Shown here piece by piece: positions 30,300 through 37,008 of a stretch of DNA of 64,000 nucleotides (the first letter of the stretch is position 1; each line of letters starts with the position of its first letter). The stretch lies in IMG/VR virus record IMGVR_UViG_3300021339_000007, positions 16-64,015 of that record; one strand, 5' to 3'. The DNA comes from a virus (Duplodnaviria > Caudoviricetes). The notes under the pieces are model-generated. The model ran no database searches. It saw only the letters and a list, made by a program, of their open reading frames with translations, and was not told the origin of the DNA. A program made the translations under genes and the position numbers.

Positions 30300-30511
30300 G
30301 GCTGTTCCTGGAAGAGCGGGCCGGAATGCCGCCGTTCTACCGTTCTAGGGAAAACATGGACGTGGAGACGCACGAGGTTTACCTGCATTGCCGGGGCATG
30401 GAGTTAGAGGCGCAGCAGGCAGACTCACCTCAGGAACCGGCACAGGGCGAAGTCCCAGCGCCGGACTTGTTCGACCTGGAGGCATATGGGCCGATGAACG
30501 TCGGGCTTTAA
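30212..30511 (+). CDS. -1 frameshift extension (gpGT-like)
   Basis: The -1 frame is open from the T run (FRIERSVHAV...) into MPPFYRS... and ends at TAA 30511. Confidence 0.7.
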   Translation, partial: FFFRIERSVHAVLGIEPCQIRADDLHPGVRLFLEERAGMPPFYRSRENMDVETHEVYLHCRGMELEAQQADSPQEPAQGEVPAPDLFDLEAYGPMNVGL

Positions 30512-30555
30512 ACGCCTTTGCCCGTGGGAGGAAAGCGTTACCGGGGTAACAGTTT

Positions 30556-30846
30556 TTAGCCTTCCCAGACAAGCGGACGCCAATCGGGAGGAATGATACC
30601 ATCTCGAATAGCGTTCGAGATCATGCCTCTATGCCGAAAATCAGCGCGGAGAACATGACAGCGGCGGCATAAAGTTCGCAAGTTTGATAGTTTGTTCGTC
30701 GCATTCTTGCCTGATTGGATGTGGTCAATGTGGCAAGTGTCGATTTCTAAGGGCGTCTGACAGCGGACGCACTTTCGCCCGTCGCGCTGCCAGACTTTAA
30801 CTCGAATAGCGTCCCATATTTCTTTCGGAGGTCGTTTTTTAGGCAC
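30556..30846 (-). CDS. HNH endonuclease directly downstream of pentamer array 1
   Basis: RDGRKCVRC..HIDHI..N..SNLRTLCRRCH; probable GTG start at 30846. Confidence 0.88.
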   Translation of the reverse strand: MPKKRPPKEIWDAIRVKVWQRDGRKCVRCQTPLEIDTCHIDHIQSGKNATNKLSNLRTLCRRCHVLRADFRHRGMISNAIRDGIIPPDWRPLVWEG

Positions 30847-30847
30847 T

Positions 30848-30950
30848 CTTTCAAACCCTTGTCTCGCCTTGCCTAACCCGTACACGCCAAGGCCCGCCGT
30901 AACTCGCCACGCCGGACCGTGTCAAGCCGGACCCGGTAGTACCCTAGCCC
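30848..30950 (-). ncRNA. Pentamer array 1 (GGY/GNY + NN), putative guide RNA
   Basis: gg|gct ag|ggt ac|tac cg|ggt cc|ggc tt|gac ac|ggt cc|ggc gt|ggc ga|gtt ac|ggc gg|gcc tt|ggc gt|gta cg|ggt ta|ggc aa|ggc ga|gac aa|ggg tt|tgaaag. Confidence 0.8.
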
Positions 30951-30957
30951 AATTGAG

Positions 30958-31563
30958 CTAGGATTCTGGAAGGATGTCAAACGATTCGACCGTGAAGCGG
31001 CCAAACCCTACCGACCGACCATCGGCCAAGCCGACAAGTCTGCCGGCATCGATCAATACAGTTTCCATCTGAGTTCTATTGACGACCGTCTTATCAAACA
31101 GCATATGGAATGTAGTTTCCCAACCGGGAGCGGCCGCGATCCGATAGCGAACGTTTCGGCCTTTCGTTGCGGGGTTCTTTACACTACAAATGTGCATGTA
31201 AACCGACTGGCTTGCCTCGGTCGGGATTGGTTCAGGCGGTACGACCAAGGGTTTGCCGTCGCGAGTAAACAGGATACGCTCATCATCGATCTGGAGCGTA
31301 GCAGCGACAGCGGTCTGAATGGAACCGCGTCCCGACTTGGTGTATTTCGCTGCATCACGACACATGCCGAAAATGTAAGTCGGATGCACAAACAACTGCC
31401 TTTCTGCGGTCATAAGGACCGTCTTTTTCCATTCTTCGGGGTCGTTACCCGCAACGCCGGTTCGCTCTTGCTTTTCGAGCGGAATCGCGTCGGGGCCGAA
31501 CTGGTGCCAGAGAATAGACCGAGTACCTTTGATTCTGACGCTTGCCTTGATGACGTTTGCCAT
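30958..31563 (-). CDS. Stand-alone Cas7/RAMP-like protein
   Basis: N-terminal strand VRIKGTRSIL; P..IFGM helix; C-terminal Gly-rich loop GLADGRSVGFGRFTV typical of RAMPs. Confidence 0.7.
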   Translation of the reverse strand: MANVIKASVRIKGTRSILWHQFGPDAIPLEKQERTGVAGNDPEEWKKTVLMTAERQLFVHPTYIFGMCRDAAKYTKSGRGSIQTAVAATLQIDDERILFTRDGKPLVVPPEPIPTEASQSVYMHICSVKNPATKGRNVRYRIAAAPGWETTFHMLFDKTVVNRTQMETVLIDAGRLVGLADGRSVGFGRFTVESFDILPES

Positions 31564-31610
31564 GAGAATCTTTCTGCCTGCCTACAATGCCGACAGGCGG
31601 GCGGTTTCGA

Positions 31611-31916
31611 CTAGATCAGTAATCCTGCGGCGCGGCAAGCATTGATAGCCTGCACCCTGTTGCAAACAGCGAGCTTCTTGTAAGCGTTCGATATGTGATA
31701 ATCGACCGTCCTTTTGCAAACGTATAGCTGATCGGCAATTTCCTTGTTGCTCAATCCAGTAGCGACAGCAGTAAGAACGACGACCTCTTGACGGGTAAGA
31801 GGCAAACCAGTCTCATCTTTTACTGATGGAACGTGAGGCTTACGGGCATTGGTCGGGCGGGCCTGAAGCCCCGCGAGTGACGTACAGTTCTCGAAGCGTG
31901 TAGCGATATTATTCAT
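31611..31916 (-). CDS. LuxR/GerE-type HTH regulator
   Basis: LTRQE..GLSNKEIADQLYVCKRTVDYHISNAYKKL.V.NR. Confidence 0.9.
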   Translation of the reverse strand: MNNIATRFENCTSLAGLQARPTNARKPHVPSVKDETGLPLTRQEVVVLTAVATGLSNKEIADQLYVCKRTVDYHISNAYKKLAVCNRVQAINACRAAGLLI

Positions 31917-32187
31917 TGGTGTCTCTTTCCGGCCGACCATCGACCAACCGTATACTGTGGATTAGGTCCGCCATTTTTTCAGCGCAATAGGCATCGATTA
32001 CCGCAACAAGGGCGGCATAACTAGCGTCTACGGCAGCATCCGCCAACCGGACGCGCAACGCCTGCTCATCTTGATAGTTGCGAGTCCTCATCCTTGCGCG
32101 CCGTACCTCGCAGTTGATATGCTCTCCTGCGGCGGTCTGAAATGTCGGGGACTCGCTGATCGATGTGCAGTACTTGTTATCCGGCAT
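31909..32187 (-). CDS. Hypothetical protein
   Basis: AAGGA RBS; overlaps the LuxR gene start. Confidence 0.55.
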   Translation of the reverse strand: MPDNKYCTSISESPTFQTAAGEHINCEVRRARMRTRNYQDEQALRVRLADAAVDASYAALVAVIDAYCAEKMADLIHSIRLVDGRPERDTNE

Positions 32188-32204
32188 TGTCCTTACCCTT
32201 CCTA

Positions 32205-32558
32205 TCAGGCAGCAAGGGTAAGGACAAAGGACCGACCTCGATAGGTCGGCTCTATCGTGCACGAGCAGCGGCAATCGCTGGACTCGCAGAAATCGCAGAA
32301 GTCTTCGGGCGAGGTTTCCGGCCTGCGGGCCATGTGTTCTGCGATTGCCCGTTCCTGGCGCTCGATCTGGTTCGTACGCGCTTCGCGGAGTTCGGCATTC
32401 GCAGGATCACATTCGCTGAAGCGATCCTTGAGGATTTGAAGGTAGCTCTGCATCGATTGCAGGTTCTCTGCCCAGGTGGCGGGCTGGACGGTGCCGCGAT
32501 GGTGGCCGCGATAATCGCGGGATCGAACACGGGCAGAAAGTGTGGTTGCGGTTGGCAT
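32205..32558 (-). CDS. Hypothetical protein with C-terminal Cys cluster
   Basis: AAGGAG RBS; CDFC..C.C.C. Confidence 0.6.
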   Translation of the reverse strand: MPTATTLSARVRSRDYRGHHRGTVQPATWAENLQSMQSYLQILKDRFSECDPANAELREARTNQIERQERAIAEHMARRPETSPEDFCDFCESSDCRCSCTIEPTYRGRSFVLTLAA

Positions 32559-32661
32559 TTCGTTGGTCTCCTTTGCGGTAAAGGGTAAACTGAAAGCGTC
32601 CCTTTGCGGGATGCCGGGAGGTGGTCTCAACACCGACCGGCTTATTTAGTTTACTGTGTAT

Positions 32662-32690
32662 ATTATACACCTATATTGTGTATACGTCAA
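32662..32690 (-). promoter_or_regulatory. Sigma70 promoter driving the Cas7-like/HNH operon
   Basis: TTGACG-N17-TATAAT. Confidence 0.8.
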
Positions 32691-32748
32691 GCCCGAATCC
32701 GGTGTTTTCAACATTTATTTTTGTGTATTTGTGCTGTATACTATCAGC

Positions 32749-32937
32749 ATGGAGAACACTGAACAGTCTGCACGCAAACGAGGCCCGGTGCCGGGGCCAA
32801 AAACAGAACGTTATCAGGTTCTTTTAGACCCAGACGCAGCCGATTGGGGAAAGCGGCAACCGGGCGGCCTTTCAGAACTGCTTCGTAAGCTTTTGAGCGA
32901 TGCGTACGAAAAAGCGAATTCTAGTCCATCGGGCTAG
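32749..32937 (+). CDS. Small ribbon-helix-helix-like regulator
   Basis: RGPVPGPKTERYQVLLD..GLSELLRKLL; TATACT just upstream suggests a leaderless transcript. Confidence 0.65.
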   Translation: MENTEQSARKRGPVPGPKTERYQVLLDPDAADWGKRQPGGLSELLRKLLSDAYEKANSSPSG

Positions 32938-33027
32938 AATGAACGGGCCATGGTGAGCCAAGGTTAGGTCTGGTCCGGCGGGGTCTGGCTTGGCGCGGCG
33001 GGGCAAGACAAGACAAGGGTTTGAAAG
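32931..33027 (+). ncRNA. Pentamer array 2 (GGY/GNY + NN), putative guide RNA
   Basis: g|ggc ta|gaa tg|aac gg|gcc at|ggt ga|gcc aa|ggt ta|ggt ct|ggt cc|ggc gg|ggt ct|ggc tt|ggc gc|ggc gg|ggc aa|gac aa|gac aa|ggg tt|tgaaag; same ends as array 1. Confidence 0.8.
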
Positions 33028-33089
33028 CAGGAATTGAATAGGTGCAGAGTCGAATAGCGCGTCAACTCGGTTGCATTAGAGAAGACGCG

Positions 33090-33278
33090 ATGAACACACT
33101 ACTTTGGGTTGTCGTAGGATTGTTGATATCCGCAGGTGGTATAGGCCTACTCTTCGCCGTACTGCTCGCTATGAACACTAACGAATCGGGCGCGGTAGTT
33201 GCATTCATTATCGGTGCGGCCGGCGTGGTGTCGTTGTTCACAGGTTTAATCGGAGCATTTATACTGCACCGGAAGTGA
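33090..33278 (+). CDS. Small two-TM membrane protein
   Basis: Two hydrophobic segments. Confidence 0.6.
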   Translation: MNTLLWVVVGLLISAGGIGLLFAVLLAMNTNESGAVVAFIIGAAGVVSLFTGLIGAFILHRK

Positions 33279-33305
33279 AGCGGTTTATCAGGTTCACAAG
33301 GAACA

Positions 33306-33336
33306 GGAGCGATCTCAATTAGAGATCGCTCCTTCT
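33306..33336 (+). terminator. Hairpin, probable terminator
   Basis: GGAGCGATCTC-AATTA-GAGATCGCTCC. Confidence 0.55.
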
Positions 33337-33522
33337 AGTTTGGCGGTGAAGCTTGCGCAAACGAGTTGAAGTTGAATTAGACATAAGCGAAGCTGCCCAT
33401 CGGCTTCAGACACTTATCTGCTCTTCCTGATCCTGCTTAGAAAATAACAGTGCGCGATAATTTGCAGGCTGCCACCCCGTCCGAGATTAGGGCGGGTTTT
33501 TTGTTGCCTGCTCGGAACAATC

Positions 33523-36500
33523 ATGGCTCGTAAAGTCGTTCAGGTAGATTTAGACATATCGGCTGCAGTTGCGAAGGTGCAAGAACTTGCAGCGCAACTC
33601 GACAAGCTGCGAACGGAGTCTAACATCTCGATCGGGGCACAGGGCTTGCCTGGAAACGGCTTAATGGGCACGTTTTCAAGCTCATCCGGTCCCGGCATCA
33701 ATCCGGCCACGACCGGCGGCGTCACCATGTCCGGTGGCAGCGCGTCGGTCTCCGTACCTGGAAACGTCGCAGCAGGGCCGCCATCTCTGGGGGTCTTCGG
33801 ATCGGGATTCGGAACCGGGCAAATGAACATGGTTTCCGGCACGGTTGCGGGCACACCTGCTAACGGCCGGGTTCCGTCGGATAGCGAATACGATTTCAGT
33901 GTGTCGTCTGGGTCCGCGCCGGATCAGCCTGGTTGGGCGGACGGCGAACAGTTCGCATATGTGAGAGGGCACTTTCGGCGTCACCCGCGCACGGGCAGAG
34001 CAGGTGGAGCAGGAGCACCTCCACCTCCATCGGCTACCGTATTTACCGAAGCCAGTGCGCCTTCTGATGATGACATGGGCGCACCCCCCATGCCGGTCCC
34101 TCCAACCGGCGGGGCAGGTGGGGGTGCTGCTCGTCGGCGTCGGCGCGCACGCGGTAACAATAACCGAGACGATGATGATTTCAACTTCGAGGACTACATC
34201 GGCTTTCGTACGGCCCGAGAGTTGGCACGTGGTGCGTCAGACGTTGCGAACGAATATACACGGTACACGATTTCGGGAGAACCCAATCCGCTAGCCCTGG
34301 GACAGAGCGCAGGTCTTCTAGGGGGAGGACTCTTTGCAACCGGACTGATTGCAGGCGGGATGGGGCTAGGGCCAGCGGGCATGATCGGTGCGATAGCGGC
34401 CCCGCTTATTGGCGCGGGCGTTAACGCATTTCAGGCCCCCGCCATTCAGCGACAGAACATTGCGGCATCCTTTTCTGTTTATGGTGCAGCTTCAGGGCAA
34501 GATCCCAATGGCTTAGCGTCCGGCGCGGCTCAGATCGCCTCGCAGCAGAATTCAATGTTCTATGCGCAAGGCTATGCGCAGAACGTTGCGACCGGTAACC
34601 CGGTGCGCGACTTTATCGGCGGCGCCTGGGCGACAGCGGATAACTACCTGCGTCGATGGGGAATGCACGTTGGTACCGACCAGATCAGCGCGCAGGACGT
34701 TGCTGCAATAGAACAGGCGGTTGGTTCGGCTGCATCCTCTGTTGGAGAGACGTTGACGCCTGAACAGTTGAGAAGTGCTTCTCAGCGATACGTGAGCATG
34801 GGCGGCCCAACTGGCAAGCCACTGTCTCAGGCTTCTTCTGCGGCAGTGTCGCGGTTGGGAGAGAGCGGCGGTAACCTGTTTTCGCTCTCATTGCGGGTTG
34901 GGGCGGATGCTACAAAGCTCGCAGCGAATATGCTTGGAATGCCCTTCGACGTCGAACAGGGTCGAAAAGATGCATGGGATTATCAAATAGGACAATCCCA
35001 TATCGCAGGCGCGGAAGCGATCGCATCCGGTCTTGGATCAGAATACGAACGCTCCGCCTTCAGCGGTAAGACCACGTTTGCACGCCGGCCAGAATTCGAT
35101 CGGATGCAGGCGGCACTGAGGGCTGATTATGACCTGACGGCCAGCGAGTATAACCGAATGCAGTCCGGCCCGCAGCGTGACAGTGTAGAAGCGAAGGGGC
35201 TATTCGCGCGTGGGCAGCAAGACCTTCTCCAGATAGATCGAAACCAAGCGCAACGATCCGAAGGGATTGTTGGAGACATCAGCGCAGCAGGGCGGGCAAA
35301 CCTTGCGGCGGCGAACTATCAGACGAGTATGGCAAACCTCTTCGGGGGTGAGGCGGACTTGAGGCGGGCCGGGGCTTCCACATTCGCAACGCTCATGGAT
35401 ACGGCGAATCGCTTAGAGGCCACAATCGGACTGCCGGGACAAACCGCGCAGCAGATGTACGATCAGCGCGCACTGGTCTCCGCAACCAGAGGCCAAGCTT
35501 TGCAACAGCGCACGCAACTGGTAGATGCGGGGCAACAACGGCGCTTCTTGTCTCAGGACGTGAATGTCAGCGTCTTCGCGGCGGACCTTACCGCTTCTGA
35601 GATGTTCGGAACCGATTCGCAGTTGGGTGCTACATTTGCGGCGGCGGTTGGAAGTCAAGATTTTATCGCAAACGATGCGTTCACTGCAAGCCAAAACCAG
35701 AGTGCCTCAGTTGAGCAAAAGGCACGGGACCAAGTTCGGAGTGCGAATGCCAGACAGCAAAGCCTGAATCTTCGGGCGCGGAGTCTGGACGTATTGCTCT
35801 CTCGGATTGGTGGCCGTGCTTCCATAGCCGAAAGTGACGCGTCCAACGTGCTGCTCGGGGCGGCCTACGGCGACGCCGGGGATGTAGAGCGAGCGGGCGC
35901 AGGCTTCATTGGAGCATTAGGTTCGGAAAGAGCGTCCCTTCAGGATCAGCTTCGCCAAGGCGGATTGACGGTTGAGCAGGACATTCGGCTGCGAAGCCGG
36001 GTTTCCTCGATTGAAGGGCAACAGATACGCGCGCAAATCGACGTAAGGGACACTGTGCTTGGCAGAGTAGAGACCACTGCCAACCTTGCGAACCAAGCAG
36101 CCTCCAACGAACTTAATCGCTCACTACGCCTTGGCACGGGAAGTGACGTTCGGAGCGCATCGGGCGGAATGCTTTCCTCCCTTGGCAATGAGTATTCCAG
36201 GCTGCAGGAGCAAATCGACCGAGGCGGATTGACCTTCGATCAAAGAAGCCGCGTACAGGAGCGGCAGCAGAGCATCGGTCGTTCGGTCTTCGACATTGGT
36301 CAAAACGCCATTGATGAATCAATCAGGCGCGATGATATGTCAGGCTTCGGCTTGGCGTCGATAGAGAACAGCGCCGCACGAAGGATAGCCTCTTTGATGC
36401 CCTACGGCTCAGGCGGCAGATTGAGTGCAGATGTTCGAACCATCCGTACTAATCAACAGCAACTCGGCGTCCTTCAACAACGGGAAGAGCAGTTGCGCCG

Positions 36501-36999
36501 AAGTGGAAACTTGTCTCCTGAGCGGCTGTCTTCCATCCGGGAGCAAGAGGCAAACCTTGGCGTGGAAATCGCGTCCGGCATTGCCGGCTTGACGGAAAAT
36601 GTGGCCGACTACCTTCCGGGTCTTTCTGCAGGCCGTGGCGCGAACTACTCTATGTACGACAGTCTCCAGCTTGCGGCGCTACGTGTCAATCGAACCGGCT
36701 CCAATATCCGGTCCTTCGGAGCGATCAACGGCGCCCAGGCGGCCCGGCAAGCGCATGCGTGGGACCAATTGTCCGGAGGCATGATCTCCGGCGGCCCTCA
36801 TTCGCTGACTCAGGGAATCAACCAGGGCCGCGGGACAGGCGCCATGGAGATCCTTCTGACGCAGATCCGCGATACGCTGCAACGCATCGGCAGCGGCAAT
36901 ACCGGCTCTACGCAAAGAATCGGCGAATCTGCCGGACAGGCGGCGGGGCAGATCAGTCAGCGCGATGTTGGATACGGATACGGCGGGCGCAAGCTCTAA
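33523..36999 (+). CDS. Tape measure protein
   Basis: 1158 aa, Ala/Gly/Gln-rich with helical repeats (GGLT.EQ); longest gene, at the tape-measure position. Confidence 0.75.
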   Translation: MARKVVQVDLDISAAVAKVQELAAQLDKLRTESNISIGAQGLPGNGLMGTFSSSSGPGINPATTGGVTMSGGSASVSVPGNVAAGPPSLGVFGSGFGTGQMNMVSGTVAGTPANGRVPSDSEYDFSVSSGSAPDQPGWADGEQFAYVRGHFRRHPRTGRAGGAGAPPPPSATVFTEASAPSDDDMGAPPMPVPPTGGAGGGAARRRRRARGNNNRDDDDFNFEDYIGFRTARELARGASDVANEYTRYTISGEPNPLALGQSAGLLGGGLFATGLIAGGMGLGPAGMIGAIAAPLIGAGVNAFQAPAIQRQNIAASFSVYGAASGQDPNGLASGAAQIASQQNSMFYAQGYAQNVATGNPVRDFIGGAWATADNYLRRWGMHVGTDQISAQDVAAIEQAVGSAASSVGETLTPEQLRSASQRYVSMGGPTGKPLSQASSAAVSRLGESGGNLFSLSLRVGADATKLAANMLGMPFDVEQGRKDAWDYQIGQSHIAGAEAIASGLGSEYERSAFSGKTTFARRPEFDRMQAALRADYDLTASEYNRMQSGPQRDSVEAKGLFARGQQDLLQIDRNQAQRSEGIVGDISAAGRANLAAANYQTSMANLFGGEADLRRAGASTFATLMDTANRLEATIGLPGQTAQQMYDQRALVSATRGQALQQRTQLVDAGQQRRFLSQDVNVSVFAADLTASEMFGTDSQLGATFAAAVGSQDFIANDAFTASQNQSASVEQKARDQVRSANARQQSLNLRARSLDVLLSRIGGRASIAESDASNVLLGAAYGDAGDVERAGAGFIGALGSERASLQDQLRQGGLTVEQDIRLRSRVSSIEGQQIRAQIDVRDTVLGRVETTANLANQAASNELNRSLRLGTGSDVRSASGGMLSSLGNEYSRLQEQIDRGGLTFDQRSRVQERQQSIGRSVFDIGQNAIDESIRRDDMSGFGLASIENSAARRIASLMPYGSGGRLSADVRTIRTNQQQLGVLQQREEQLRRSGNLSPERLSSIREQEANLGVEIASGIAGLTENVADYLPGLSAGRGANYSMYDSLQLAALRVNRTGSNIRSFGAINGAQAARQAHAWDQLSGGMISGGPHSLTQGINQGRGTGAMEILLTQIRDTLQRIGSGNTGSTQRIGESAGQAAGQISQRDVGYGYGGRKL

Positions 37000-37008
37000 G
37001 GCGGGGAA

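Noticed and set aside
30847-30885. ORF-track N-terminal extension of the HNH gene (MYGLGKARQG...)
   Set aside because: It is a translation of array 1; GTG 30846 is the more plausible start.
30848-33027. Conventional CRISPR array or simple microsatellite
   Set aside because: There is no 25-40-nt repeat/spacer structure. The units are 5 nt with non-repeating NN, and both arrays share defined ends, unlike slippage repeats.
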